From the NCBI GenBank assembly GCA_019057815.1, contig JAHLWR010000008.1, positions 64,001 through 128,000 on the forward strand: a stretch of 64,000 nucleotides of DNA. Direction: 5' to 3'. Within the stretch, counting starts at the first letter, position 1; each line of letters begins with the position of its first letter. Positions 48,964 to 60,062 of the stretch are shown one piece after another. The translations under genes were made by a program, and so were the position numbers. This DNA comes from Candidatus Heimdallarchaeota archaeon (GTDB taxonomy: Archaea > Asgardarchaeota > Heimdallarchaeia > Heimdallarchaeales > Heimdallarchaeaceae). Below the pieces are notes generated by a model. The model was not told the origin of the DNA and did no database searches. It saw nothing but the letters and a program-made list of their open reading frames with translations.

Positions 48964-51636
48964 CTACTTCTCTTCGTTTTTCTTATTCCTTCTTCTGAAT
49001 ACTACAACAGTTTGTATAAACACTAATAATCCACCTAACATTAACAATGTTGTTCCATCAAAACCGGCTGCTATTGTTGATTGAGATATGTATGAGATTT
49101 CATATATTGGGATGGATCTATAAATAGTCCCATTTGTATCCATTACAGTAATGTAGTATCTAATTATTGTTCCTGCAATATGAGTACCTAATTCTTCATA
49201 AATGTATTTGTAAGAAGTTTCATTGTAATATAAGAGAGCTGAATAGTTATTAGTACTATCATCGATTGGACTATATAGTTCATAACTTATATTTACCTGT
49301 CTTTTTCCTTCAACTACCATGACATCCTCTCTCTCGGTAATTGATACTTCTATCCAATATTCTACGTTTTCAAAGAATACAATAGATGATGCGATTACAA
49401 CCTCATTTTCATCATTGATATATTCGTAATACACACGTGGTGTGTTGATTATGAAAGGAGTATTTGCTGTTTGACCTACAGTGTAAGTGTAATTTACAGA
49501 TATTACGCTGAATGATGATTCGGTAAAAGTTGTATAATTTACTCTTATTCTGTAGATAATTGTATAGTCATAGTCAAAAACAGGTATATATCCATTGTAA
49601 GAAAATATCGAACCTATACTACCGAAACTTGTATTTGTGTAGGAGATATCCTGTGTGATGAATTCATTTACTAGTGATGGAAGATACTCAAGATATACTT
49701 GAACTTCTAATCCTTGTGGTTGAAAAATTTGTGTTTCAACTGAGACTTCATCTACATCTGTTGGTTTTACTACGCCTTGAGTCACGAATTCTATAGTAGG
49801 AGCGGGTTGGTAAGGAATAGTTCTTGTTCCATTATCATATATATCATATGATTTTCCTTCATATGTTGCTACTGTGATGAAAACTACGTCATCAAGATTA
49901 TCTTCATAGTAATTTCCAGATATTGTTCCATTATCCCCAATAATATCAAAATCACCTAAACTTTCTTCGATTTGAGCTATATTATTGACATCATTCATGA
50001 AATTATTATCATATACTTTGAAATTAACACTGTTTTTAACAACTATGGCATCAATAACTATTTGATCAAAAGTGTTTCCAATCACTCCTGCATTGATACA
50101 TTGGATGATTTGTACACCATAATCAAGAACCTTGAAATCACCATCTTTTATAATTAGACCCAAGGAATTTCTTCCAACAACACCAATATCTGAAGTGTTG
50201 AGGATGTTACCACTTAATGTTACTAATTCTGAGAACCAAATACTAATTCCATAAGTTGATTCAAAAACTCCATTTGAAGCAATTTTAACTTCAGGCGATG
50301 ACCATATACTTATTCCAAATGTTGCATTTATTGCAGTATTAGCTGTAATAATAGAAGATTTACTTTGTTCTATATAAATTCCTGAGACAGTGTCCTCAAT
50401 AGTATTTCCTAATACTTCAATCTGTCTTCCTCCAATAATGGCTATTCCTTCATCCACACCAGTTAAAGAATTCCTTAATACAACATCATACCTTCCTTCC
50501 GCTATCGAAATTCCTCTTAAGGCGTCAGTTATTATGTTTTCATAAACTTCTGTTCTTTGCGATTCCTCAATTTTTATAGCAATGTCACTGACTTGATTGA
50601 AAGAATTTTCATATATTTCTATTACATCTGAATCGAAAACAAAAATACCTGTTGTAATGTTGTCAAATGTATTAGAGTAAATTACGAATGGAGTATTTGT
50701 CAAGAACAGACCTAGGTTTAGATCATTGAATTCATTATCAAAAACTAGAGTACTACTGGAAGACACACCTTGAATTGCCATATCATGAATATCATTGAAG
50801 ATATTATCTTCAATTGAAGCTTTTGTAACAGAAATTAAATCCATTGCAATAGAGGCATTAGTGATAGTATTTTGATAGATATATGGACTTGTTGAAGTTA
50901 TTGTCATACCCAGAACAGCATTCTCAATTGTGTTATCTTGTATTATTGGCAGTTTAACTGTTTTCATACGTATGGCATACTCAGCTATTTCGTTGATGTA
51001 ATTCGATTTAATTGTAACGTTATCAGATTTCTCTGTATCAATTGCAAAATTCATGTTGACAAAATCATTATTCTCGAAAATACCTGTCGTAACATTAATA
51101 ATATCCCATCCATCTTCTAAGTCTATGAATTCACTGTCAGTTACAGAAATGAAAACAGAAGAGATAGCATCTATCTCGGGGCTATAGTATATTTCAGTTT
51201 GATCTATTGTAATATTTGAATATCTTAATTTGAAACTTGTAAAAGATATTTTGCTTCCTTCAATGTTAATGGAAGTAACATGTTTTGAATTTGCGTCAAT
51301 TGTAAGGGTATAATTCGCATCTACAACTGATATATTACTATTAAAAATTTCTAATTCTCCATCAACTATTATTTTATGTCTTTTGAGTAGAGTTGAATTA
51401 AATGTTAAATCACAATTCTGTATTGTTAGTTTTGCTCCAGGCTCAATTTCAATGGATCCATTCATTATATAAGTTGCATCCTGAAGAACTTCATCAGTTG
51501 AAATTATCCAATCTCCATCTGCAGGAGGTTGAAAGAACACATTATGTCCACTTATTGTCCACGGAAATCCTGTACTTACTAAACATGTTATAAACATTAA
51601 TGTTAAGAAAATTTGCGCATTTTTAGAAACTTTCAT
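48964..51636 (-). CDS. Cell-surface right-handed parallel beta-helix (NosD/CASH-like) protein
   Basis: Signal peptide, repeated GI.I....I..N motifs, GNYY, C-terminal TM plus RRRNKK. Confidence 0.85.
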   Translation of the reverse strand: MKVSKNAQIFLTLMFITCLVSTGFPWTISGHNVFFQPPADGDWIISTDEVLQDATYIMNGSIEIEPGAKLTIQNCDLTFNSTLLKRHKIIVDGELEIFNSNISVVDANYTLTIDANSKHVTSINIEGSKISFTSFKLRYSNITIDQTEIYYSPEIDAISSVFISVTDSEFIDLEDGWDIINVTTGIFENNDFVNMNFAIDTEKSDNVTIKSNYINEIAEYAIRMKTVKLPIIQDNTIENAVLGMTITSTSPYIYQNTITNASIAMDLISVTKASIEDNIFNDIHDMAIQGVSSSSTLVFDNEFNDLNLGLFLTNTPFVIYSNTFDNITTGIFVFDSDVIEIYENSFNQVSDIAIKIEESQRTEVYENIITDALRGISIAEGRYDVVLRNSLTGVDEGIAIIGGRQIEVLGNTIEDTVSGIYIEQSKSSIITANTAINATFGISIWSSPEVKIASNGVFESTYGISIWFSELVTLSGNILNTSDIGVVGRNSLGLIIKDGDFKVLDYGVQIIQCINAGVIGNTFDQIVIDAIVVKNSVNFKVYDNNFMNDVNNIAQIEESLGDFDIIGDNGTISGNYYEDNLDDVVFITVATYEGKSYDIYDNGTRTIPYQPAPTIEFVTQGVVKPTDVDEVSVETQIFQPQGLEVQVYLEYLPSLVNEFITQDISYTNTSFGSIGSIFSYNGYIPVFDYDYTIIYRIRVNYTTFTESSFSVISVNYTYTVGQTANTPFIINTPRVYYEYINDENEVVIASSIVFFENVEYWIEVSITEREDVMVVEGKRQVNISYELYSPIDDSTNNYSALLYYNETSYKYIYEELGTHIAGTIIRYYITVMDTNGTIYRSIPIYEISYISQSTIAAGFDGTTLLMLGGLLVFIQTVVVFRRRNKKNEEK

Positions 51637-51829
51637 CTAATTAACCTCTTAAACGTGGCATATACACTACTTTTTCGTGATGTTTGTGCATTTTTAAAGT
51701 TTCTGTATTAGTCTTTTAATGAAAAAGTGTCCAAAAACATTAAAATCTCACAGAACCAGTATATATGATATGTATGGTAAAAAAAACTTGTTCACAACAT
51801 TTTTGTAACGAGAACAAAACTATCGCTAA

Positions 51830-53077
51830 ATGACTGAACATCGCGATTCTACTCAAGACACTGATTCGAACTCTAAAAAAGATGAGAAGCGACAGAAAAC
51901 CTTAGCTAAAGGAATCTCAATTACACAAAGCACAGCATTACAACTCTACTTCAATTATGGGACATTACTAGCTATTAGAATTGGTGCTGAACCCATTCAC
52001 ATGTCTTTTATAACAGCTATCCAAAATCTAGGAACAGCTTTATTACAAGGATTGTTCGGTCAATTATCTGATCGTTTTGGAAGAAAGATTGTACTCTCAA
52101 TTGGTTTTTTAATTACTACAATCGCAACAATAGGTCTTGCATCATTGTCAAATGTTATTGTTTTCATGATAATTATAGGTTTGTACTCAATTGGAATGAG
52201 TATGATAGTTCCTTCTTGGAATGCTTTAATGGGAGATTTAAGCACAAAAGAGACCCAAACAAAGCTTATTGGAAAATTGAGTATGATTGGAACTCTCTCA
52301 TCCTCAGTCATAATGTTAATTTTAGGTTTTACATCTGATTATCTTCCACTAGATCAAACAAACAAATTTCGAGTTATGATGTTTCTAGGTGCACTTATTC
52401 TTGCTCTTGCCATAATTCTTGTAATTAAGATTAAGGAAACTAATGTAGAGAAAAAATCAGCAAGAAAATCATCGCTCTTATTACCTTTTAAAAACAAAAA
52501 ATTTAGAGTTTTTCTCATTTCCACATCTTTTTGGTGGTTTACAATGAGTTTTATGTGGCCATTAGGTCCCTTTGTTATAAGTAGAGTAAACCCAAACAAC
52601 TTTCATGTTGCAATCTTCGCTGCTGCTTTTGCAGTAGGTATGTTTGCAGGACAATTTTTAGCAAGTAAAGTAGCTGATAAAATTGGTAGAAGATTCACGC
52701 TTGTTCTGAGTTTTCTTGCATTAAGTTTTGTTCCAATTTCGTACAGCTTCGTTTATGATTGGTATTTCATTATCCCAGCAAATCTTCTTGCAGGTTTAGG
52801 GAACGGACTTTTAGGGGTGACTTTAAGTTCTGAACTGCTATTTTTAGCTGGTATTAAAGACCGAGGAGCGTTCTCAGGCTCATATAATTTAGTATCAGGA
52901 ATTATAACATTTATTGGGTCTTTAACTAGTGGGATTATATTCCAGCATCTAACAAAGTTTTACGATTTAAACTACATTTTGACAGTCTATCTTGTTATAA
53001 TGACTTGTGCTAGATTTATTGCACTAATACCAACGCTACTTCTTTCATCAAAAGAGAAACCTAGAAAGGAAATCTAG
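51830..53077 (+). CDS. MFS transporter
   Basis: GQLSDRFGRK and ADKIGRR motifs, about 12 TMs. Confidence 0.95.
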   Translation: MTEHRDSTQDTDSNSKKDEKRQKTLAKGISITQSTALQLYFNYGTLLAIRIGAEPIHMSFITAIQNLGTALLQGLFGQLSDRFGRKIVLSIGFLITTIATIGLASLSNVIVFMIIIGLYSIGMSMIVPSWNALMGDLSTKETQTKLIGKLSMIGTLSSSVIMLILGFTSDYLPLDQTNKFRVMMFLGALILALAIILVIKIKETNVEKKSARKSSLLLPFKNKKFRVFLISTSFWWFTMSFMWPLGPFVISRVNPNNFHVAIFAAAFAVGMFAGQFLASKVADKIGRRFTLVLSFLALSFVPISYSFVYDWYFIIPANLLAGLGNGLLGVTLSSELLFLAGIKDRGAFSGSYNLVSGIITFIGSLTSGIIFQHLTKFYDLNYILTVYLVIMTCARFIALIPTLLLSSKEKPRKEI

Positions 53078-53110
53078 TATACTGTGCTTTCTTTTCGAAA
53101 GAGTTAAAAC

Positions 53111-53617
53111 ATGGATTTTAAATCTTCTTTCATGGAATTTCTTAATAGGAATCACTATTGTAAAAAGTGTGATAAGAGAGTTTCCTATTTTCGCTTTACA
53201 ACTAAGAAATTTGTACAAGAAGATCTTCAATGTCCAATTTGTCAGGAAAAAGTAGTTTCATTTTGGGAAAAGCTAAGATACAAATATATAATACCCTATT
53301 TTTTTGCGTTTCCATTCTATGTGATGTCTACAATTTATATCTTATGGAAATTCGCGTATAATAGCCCATTAGAAGCAGTGGACAGATTTATAACAATTTT
53401 CAATGTTTTCATCTGTGCGTTCATAATAATTATTTCAACTCTTAACAACAAGAAAGCTACTCCCCCTGAAACTTCTGATAAATCTCTTGAAAAGTTAAAA
53501 GTGTTCAAACAGCAAGTCATTTGGGTTATAATATTAACTCTACTAGGATTATTAGTAGCAGCACTTACAAACTATATCGAATGGCTTATTTGGAAAGGGA
53601 TCGAATCCTTATTCTAG
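53111..53617 (+). CDS. Zinc-ribbon membrane protein
   Basis: CKKC..CPIC then 3 TMs. Confidence 0.65.
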   Translation: MDFKSSFMEFLNRNHYCKKCDKRVSYFRFTTKKFVQEDLQCPICQEKVVSFWEKLRYKYIIPYFFAFPFYVMSTIYILWKFAYNSPLEAVDRFITIFNVFICAFIIIISTLNNKKATPPETSDKSLEKLKVFKQQVIWVIILTLLGLLVAALTNYIEWLIWKGIESLF

Positions 53618-53714
53618 AGATTCTACAATTGTTTTGTCAACTTTTTTCAGATTACTGAATGATAAACTACTCCTGATTGGCAGTTAAAAAGGCAGAAGAG
53701 AAAAAAGAGAGATT

Positions 53715-54917
53715 CTAATCAAGATAAAGACTTTTCTCTTTTTGTATTCCTTTTGTTGCAAAACGAACTAGAACAGCCATTAAGCCTAGAATCAATACCA
53801 AATACAGAATTATTTCATAGTTCCATACACCAGAGATAATCAAAAGGCCGATTCTATAGCACCAGAAGAATGGATTGATCATTAAACCGGTAGATGTTGC
53901 CAAAGGATTCATCAGAACAACGAAGTAAAAGAACATTGCTAAACCTATCGATACGAGGGGGCTAAGTCTTTCAGCTGCTTCCCGGGTCAAATTACAATCA
54001 ACAGCCATTGTAATCAAAGTTGATATCAGTAAGGCAACTACAACAGCTATAAAACCGATTATTATGTCCCAAACAGTAAGCACAGACATATTGAACCCAA
54101 AAGCATCTAATAATACACTAGTCCTTGCTGAACCAAGAGATGTTCCTACCACGATCCCCAAAACATAGGATAATGTAGAACCCACACTTGCTATTATCGC
54201 AGTAATCGTTTTTGATATTATCAAAAAACTATGATTGTGAGTATAAGAAAGTAATAATTCTAGTGTTCTCATTCTTTTTTCTCTTGCAAAGCCTATCAAT
54301 GAATTTGATGAAGAATTTAGAGCGATTAATAGAAACAACATGTAACCCAAGGGATAAGCAATAGCGGTAGCTTTAGGTCCATAAATAATCTCTTCTCCAG
54401 AAGATTGAGGTTGAAGAGGGATAGGATTAATGTCTGGAACAGTTCGATTTGCTAAGAAGGTTATCATAACTTTTTCAGCAATAGTAAGGATTCCTTGAAA
54501 AACACTATTTGTCTGCATGGTATTAACAGCATCAACAGTATAAAGGATGGGTATAGAAAAATATGCAAATTCACTGAAATTCTCGGGAATGTATAACCCC
54601 AAATCTTTTGTTTTAAAGACACTTGATGAGTTATCAACTAACTCAACTTTGATTGATGAACTATCTAAATAATATTCTGATAAATTGCCTATTATAGCAT
54701 CACCTATTACGTTTCCACCATATCCTAAATCATCACTATAAACTAGTAAATTAAAAGATTGCTCACTTCCAAAAAGAGAGGGTAACCCAATCATAAGGAA
54801 CATAAGCAAAAATGGACCACCGAAAATAAGTATGGCTACACGCTTTCTAAATAGCAAGGATATATCTTTTTTCAATAAAGCTTTAAGCTGGTAGAAGTAG
54901 AGGTTTTTTTCTTTCAA
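53715..54917 (-). CDS. ABC-2 type exporter permease
   Basis: REKRMRTLELLLS motif, 1+5 TM layout. Confidence 0.88.
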   Translation of the reverse strand: MKEKNLYFYQLKALLKKDISLLFRKRVAILIFGGPFLLMFLMIGLPSLFGSEQSFNLLVYSDDLGYGGNVIGDAIIGNLSEYYLDSSSIKVELVDNSSSVFKTKDLGLYIPENFSEFAYFSIPILYTVDAVNTMQTNSVFQGILTIAEKVMITFLANRTVPDINPIPLQPQSSGEEIIYGPKATAIAYPLGYMLFLLIALNSSSNSLIGFAREKRMRTLELLLSYTHNHSFLIISKTITAIIASVGSTLSYVLGIVVGTSLGSARTSVLLDAFGFNMSVLTVWDIIIGFIAVVVALLISTLITMAVDCNLTREAAERLSPLVSIGLAMFFYFVVLMNPLATSTGLMINPFFWCYRIGLLIISGVWNYEIILYLVLILGLMAVLVRFATKGIQKEKSLYLD

Positions 54918-55729
54918 AATATAACCTCCTGAATAGCATTCTTATTTTGTAATGGAGTTTTGAATGCGTTTACGATTGCGTCTTCAAAATCTTTCGTATC
55001 TGAAGCATATTGATCTATTATTGCATCTTTAGTACCTTGGAAAATAAGCTGTCCTTCCTTCAATATTCCACAGTATTCAGCCAACTCTTCTAGATCAGAA
55101 ACTATGTGGGAAGAAAGAAGAACTGTTTTCCCTTCCTCAACTAAATCTTTAATGATTTGACGTATATACTTAGCTTTTGTTATATCTAAGCCACTTGTTG
55201 GTTCATCCAAAATTAGAATGTCTTTATCTGTGATGATTGCCATTATAAAACTAAATGCTCTTTGTTCTCCCCCTGATAATTTTGAAAACTGTTTATGAAC
55301 TAAATCTTCAGTTATTTCTAATTTTTTGAAGTATTCTGCAAGTTTAGGTTTTGCTTCTTCAAAACTCTGACCATTTAATTTGAGAATAAACTTAATATTC
55401 TGCATTGGAGTAAGATCAACATAAGCTGAAGAATATTGAGGTAGCAATCCAATCTGTCCTCTAATCATTTTTGGATCAATTGTAATTTCTACTCCATTCA
55501 CAGTAACAGTTCCCTCTGTAGGTGCTAATATACCTAGAATCATCCTAATTGTAGTTGTTTTTCCAGCACCATTGGGGCCTAAAAGAGCGTAAATTGACCC
55601 CTTTGGAACTAATAAATTTACACCTCTAACAGCAACTTTCTCCTTGAAAACTTTAGTTAAACTACTTGTTTCAATCATATAATCGGTCATTGTGTTAGTG
55701 AAAACGATTTGTTTCTTAAAACTTCTCAT
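54914..55729 (-). CDS. ABC transporter ATP-binding protein
   Basis: GPNGAGKT, LSGGE, LDEPTSGLD, SSH. Confidence 0.97.
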   Translation of the reverse strand: MRSFKKQIVFTNTMTDYMIETSSLTKVFKEKVAVRGVNLLVPKGSIYALLGPNGAGKTTTIRMILGILAPTEGTVTVNGVEITIDPKMIRGQIGLLPQYSSAYVDLTPMQNIKFILKLNGQSFEEAKPKLAEYFKKLEITEDLVHKQFSKLSGGEQRAFSFIMAIITDKDILILDEPTSGLDITKAKYIRQIIKDLVEEGKTVLLSSHIVSDLEELAEYCGILKEGQLIFQGTKDAIIDQYASDTKDFEDAIVNAFKTPLQNKNAIQEVIF

Positions 55730-55782
55730 TCACATTTTGTAAAAGATGACATAGGGAGATATTTTTTTATTCAATAAAGTCA

Positions 55783-56772
55783 TTGATTTTTCTAATGATT
55801 GATTACGCTATTTGTGGAACACGAAATTCAAATGTTGGATTACCAAAAGGTCGGAAGATTTTAGCTGAAGGTGGAACTGCATTAGACGCAGTAGAAGAAA
55901 GTATAAAATTAATAGAAAATAACCCTTATGATATATCAGTAGGCTTCAACGGTTTTCCCAACTTGCTTGGCATTGTAGAATTAGACGCGTCTATAATGGA
56001 AGGAAAGACTCTAAAAGTAGGAGCTGTTGCTGCAGTAAAAAATTATAGACATCCTATCTCTATTGCAAGAAATGTAATGGAAATCACTCCCCATGTTATG
56101 TTAGTAGGTGAAGGTGCAGAGAAATTTGCAAAAGCGATTGGATTTCAAGAAGAAGAGATTATCGATGAGCTTGGAATTAAAAACTACAAGAATGTGATGG
56201 AAGGGAAAAGTCTAGAATTGCCTTTAGAAGCAGAGAATTTAATCAGAGAGCTTTTTATGAATTTTGATAAACATTTAAAGGAAGTTATGAACAAATATCC
56301 CATCAAAGCGTGGTACAAGAAATTGAGTTTTGACAAACATGGTACAACCAATGTAATTGCATTAGATAAAGATGGAAATATGGCTGTTGGAGTATCAACT
56401 TCAGGAATAGCAATGAAATTTCCAGGAAGAGTCGGTGATTCACCCATACCAGGAGCAGGAATTTATTGTAACAATGTTGCTGGTTCTGCATGTACAGGCA
56501 CAGGAGAAATCGCAATACGTTTATCTCTTGCACGCATGGTCGTTAATAGAATAGAAAATGATATGACTCCAGAGCATGCTGCCGAGATTGGAATCTTAGA
56601 TGTAATCAAACTTAATGAAGATGGCGTAATTCATATCTTAACAATGGATAAACAAGGAAATTCAGCAGGAGTTACCAATAAGGATGGTTTGTTCTATTAT
56701 CATACTGATTCTACAACAGAGAAATTTATTAAAAGAAGTAGTACGTACTTATATAGAAAAAAAATAGCGTAA
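55783..56772 (+). CDS. Ntn-hydrolase asparaginase 2 family (isoaspartyl peptidase/glycosylasparaginase)
   Basis: ELDASIM, HGTTNVIALD, STSG...K.PGRVGDSP, CTGTGE. Confidence 0.92.
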   Translation: MIFLMIDYAICGTRNSNVGLPKGRKILAEGGTALDAVEESIKLIENNPYDISVGFNGFPNLLGIVELDASIMEGKTLKVGAVAAVKNYRHPISIARNVMEITPHVMLVGEGAEKFAKAIGFQEEEIIDELGIKNYKNVMEGKSLELPLEAENLIRELFMNFDKHLKEVMNKYPIKAWYKKLSFDKHGTTNVIALDKDGNMAVGVSTSGIAMKFPGRVGDSPIPGAGIYCNNVAGSACTGTGEIAIRLSLARMVVNRIENDMTPEHAAEIGILDVIKLNEDGVIHILTMDKQGNSAGVTNKDGLFYYHTDSTTEKFIKRSSTYLYRKKIA

Positions 56773-56856
56773 TCCAAGTCTCGTGTTTTACTTTCTCTAT
56801 TAGTTGATGAAATGAAATGAGAATAGAAGAAAAGAAAAATAGAAGAAAGATGAGAG

Positions 56857-58614
56857 TTAAGTGAAGAAGTAACTAACTATAACGTCGAATATAAACCACG
56901 TAAATGTCCCAATATATGCTAATACAATTAGCACATAAGTAAGGATTTTAGCGGTCTTATAATCTTGATCTGAGAGATGAGGTACTACGATTGAAAATAG
57001 TAATGGTACTATAACAACAAAAGTCACAATAATCACAAATAACCATATACTTTCTGATAGTATATATTCAAAACCTAAAATTTTTCCTAGTAGACTTCCA
57101 AATACTGCCGCTATTATAATGAATACTTCTATAACTAAAATATATATCATGCTTTTTTTATAAAGGTCTAAATTCTTGATGGAACGGTTTTCATCAGTAT
57201 TTCTTTGAAGCAAAACCATTGATTGAATTATCACAGGTAGAACTAGTAAAGCTGACATCCACGTGAATGCCTTTAAAACAAAAATATTCGCTTTCGATAG
57301 ATCTCCAATAGTTAAAATTCCACCAAGTAAAAATTGAACTATGATGAAAATAACAGATAATATCATAATTCCTCTATAGGCAGAATCTATTGTTGATGTT
57401 GTTCTGATCTCTGTAGGGAAGATTTCTTCATCTTTTTCTAACTCATAGATAGCATTGAGTTCGTATCTATTGTATTTGAGTTGTGAATACTCATATGAGA
57501 CAATAAGAGCAGCAAAGATAAGAATCCCATCATGAGCAAAAAGATTCCAAGGTAAAATAAAAGCAACAGGAATTATTGTTATAAATAGTGTTATCCAGAT
57601 GCTGTTGATAACTAAAGGATTAGGTTTTTTATCAAGATTTTTCTCTAAATCTTTAGGGTCTTTTCTGAATTTATACCTGATATTTTCAAAAGATGTTTTT
57701 ATTCCGAAAATCAGACGTTTTATCCAGTTTTTGTCATAAATGAACTTTTCTCTTCTCTTGAATTCAGCTATCCTAGCATCTTGTGATGACAGCTTTTCTC
57801 TTTTTGTTTTTTGAGTAGTATAAAGAACTGCTCCCAAGAGGAAAGCAAAAATTAAAGGATATGTTATACTCCAAGTTATTTGTTGAGTGTTAAATGGAAA
57901 ATTTGTTTCAATTATTACTGAGAATAGTCCCACTATTATCTCTAATGTCCAAATGAACATAGCGGGTACAAAAGTAAGAACTAATATCCTTCCACCCATT
58001 CGTGGAGAATAATCAGGTCCTTTACTAGACCAGAATCTGAAGGTTAATGCCATAGCAAGTAAAATTACACCCAAGATAAGTTCTTGCCCGATAATGTAGC
58101 CATAATTATTTCTACTTGAAACTAAGAAAACACCAAATAAAGATGCCAGAGTTGCCATTATTTGAATAATAGAAAACATAATTTTTTGCATAACTAGCTT
58201 CTTTTCATCTTTTGTGTTTGTCTCTGAATCTTTGTATCCAATCTCCATCAATTTATACTTATGATCATTTTTTGCACCAAAGAGGAATGTAATTATCTTC
58301 ATTGTCATGAATATTGTCATAGCTACGAGCAACATGCGGAAACCAAATGTTGCAATTTGATACAGGATAATAATTCCATCTTTATATGGATCAGAAAGTA
58401 ATGGTAGGGTTGGTATACCAAATATTAAAACAAAGCCAAATAAAACTTTTAGCCAACTTTTCATCCCTGTACTTTTGTTAATTATACCTCCAAGGGCTTC
58501 AAACTTCTTTCTTTGTCTAAACATCTTTTCAGCTGATAGTTCTACTGAAGTCATATTGAACAAACTTTGTTTTATTTGGGTGTTTATAGATTTTTCGCAT
58601 ACTAAGTAAAACAA
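56857..58614 (-). CDS. Polytopic membrane protein, unknown function
   Basis: About 13 hydrophobic segments. Confidence 0.7.
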   Translation of the reverse strand: MFYLVCEKSINTQIKQSLFNMTSVELSAEKMFRQRKKFEALGGIINKSTGMKSWLKVLFGFVLIFGIPTLPLLSDPYKDGIIILYQIATFGFRMLLVAMTIFMTMKIITFLFGAKNDHKYKLMEIGYKDSETNTKDEKKLVMQKIMFSIIQIMATLASLFGVFLVSSRNNYGYIIGQELILGVILLAMALTFRFWSSKGPDYSPRMGGRILVLTFVPAMFIWTLEIIVGLFSVIIETNFPFNTQQITWSITYPLIFAFLLGAVLYTTQKTKREKLSSQDARIAEFKRREKFIYDKNWIKRLIFGIKTSFENIRYKFRKDPKDLEKNLDKKPNPLVINSIWITLFITIIPVAFILPWNLFAHDGILIFAALIVSYEYSQLKYNRYELNAIYELEKDEEIFPTEIRTTSTIDSAYRGIMILSVIFIIVQFLLGGILTIGDLSKANIFVLKAFTWMSALLVLPVIIQSMVLLQRNTDENRSIKNLDLYKKSMIYILVIEVFIIIAAVFGSLLGKILGFEYILSESIWLFVIIVTFVVIVPLLFSIVVPHLSDQDYKTAKILTYVLIVLAYIGTFTWFIFDVIVSYFFT

Positions 58615-58851
58615 TAGAATGAAAAATTAAAAGGTTAAAATCTTTCTAAATATGTTATGAAAACCTAAGAGTTATTTTTAAGAGATTAAACAGTAGTAGC
58701 CATCACTTAATCGAAAATAGAAGTTTAAGCTCTTTGATATTTTGATAATTCAATTGCATTTCTTACTAATTTACAATCCAAGGATCAACAAAAAAGTTAG
58801 TAATAGAAGAATTTTCAAAAACGTTTTTTATTCCAGAGATGAAAGTTTCAT

Positions 58852-59367
58852 ATGAATAAAAAACAAATAGCTGTAATAGGTTCAGGAATGATTCGAAAGG
58901 AAGAAATAAGAAATTTAACCGAAAATTTAGGTGAAAAATTAATAGATAATGATTTCCGCATCATTTGTGGAGGGAAAGAAGGAGTAATGGAAGCAGTGTG
59001 TAAAGGTGCCCGAAGATCTAAAAACTATAAGGAAGGTATGATTGTTGGAATCCTACCTTCTCTTGAACGGTTAGATGCCAATCCATATGTTGATATTGTA
59101 ATTACAACAGGGATGTCATATGCTAGAAATCAAATAATTATTTCTTCTGCAGATGTGGTAATAGCAATTCAAGGTGGAGCGGGAACGCTATCTGAAATAG
59201 CTTTTGCTTGGCAGTACGATAAACCAATAATTGTTCTCAAGAACACAGGTGGTTGGGCAGAGAAATTAACTGAAGTTAGATTAAATGAGAGAAAGAGAGA
59301 ACCAATAATCGGAGCTAATAACGTTGAGGAAATAATAACTTATTTAAAAAATACTTTCAAAACTTAA
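58852..59367 (+). CDS. LOG/SLOG family protein (TIGR00725-like)
   Basis: CGG.EGVMEA, ARN, GGAGTLSE, TGGW. Confidence 0.92.
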   Translation: MNKKQIAVIGSGMIRKEEIRNLTENLGEKLIDNDFRIICGGKEGVMEAVCKGARRSKNYKEGMIVGILPSLERLDANPYVDIVITTGMSYARNQIIISSADVVIAIQGGAGTLSEIAFAWQYDKPIIVLKNTGGWAEKLTEVRLNERKREPIIGANNVEEIITYLKNTFKT

Positions 59368-59464
59368 TAAAATATCCATCTTAACAAGTAAGAAAAGCAT
59401 AGAAACTTTTAAATTGAAACAAAAGCCAAGAAAACAGAAAACAGCTTTAAATGAAGCGATGAAA

Positions 59465-59572
59465 GACCAGGTAGTCAAGCTTGGTATGATACATGCTTGG
59501 GGACTTGTTTGATTGTGTATCCTCAAGCTATCGTGCATGTGACCCGGGGTTCAAATCCCCGCCTGGTCACCA
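59465..59572 (+). tRNA. tRNA-Pro(GGG) with 31-nt intron (59503-59533), CCA encoded
   Basis: Acceptor GACCAGG/CCTGGTC-ACCA, D stem GTCA/TGAT, anticodon stem CATGC/GCATG, T arm CGGGG-TTCAAAT-CCCCG; anticodon 59499-59501; intron at 37/38. Confidence 0.9.
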
Positions 59573-59828
59573 AATCACTTTTGAGCTTTAATTTCTATCT
59601 TATATCTCGAACTTTTTCTTAAGATTGTAAGTTGGATAAGAGGCATTTGCACATAGCTATCCATCTACTTCCATCTTTTCTCAATTATTTATTGCTTTTC
59701 AATTTTTTAACATTTCAGTTACATTATTGTCTGTAGCTGTGTAAAAGTAAAATCTTATCCCTTTATGTCGTTTAGATGAACTTTTAAATACATAAATATC
59801 TTGCAGTTTACACATTGTTGGTGATAAC

Positions 59829-60062
59829 ATGGTTCAAACTGCTTATATACTTATTAATGTTCATCCTGGTATGCTTGACACAGTTAAAAATGGTTTAATT
59901 GCGATGGAAAGAGTATCTGAGGTTTATGCCGTTTATGGTATCTATGATTTAATTGCTAAAATTGTTTTTGACACTATGGATGAGCTCAAAAACAAAGTTT
60001 TGAAAGACAGTGTAATTACTGAAGGTGTCAAGAATTCTATGACAATGATTTGTGTCAACTAG
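59829..60062 (+). CDS. Stand-alone Lrp/AsnC ligand-binding (RAM) domain protein
   Basis: AYILINV.PG, VYG.YDLIAKI, GV..S.TMI. Confidence 0.9.
   Translation: MVQTAYILINVHPGMLDTVKNGLIAMERVSEVYAVYGIYDLIAKIVFDTMDELKNKVLKDSVITEGVKNSMTMICVN

Noticed and set aside
59344-59538. 64-aa minus-strand ORF
   Set aside because: Overlaps the tRNA-Pro gene
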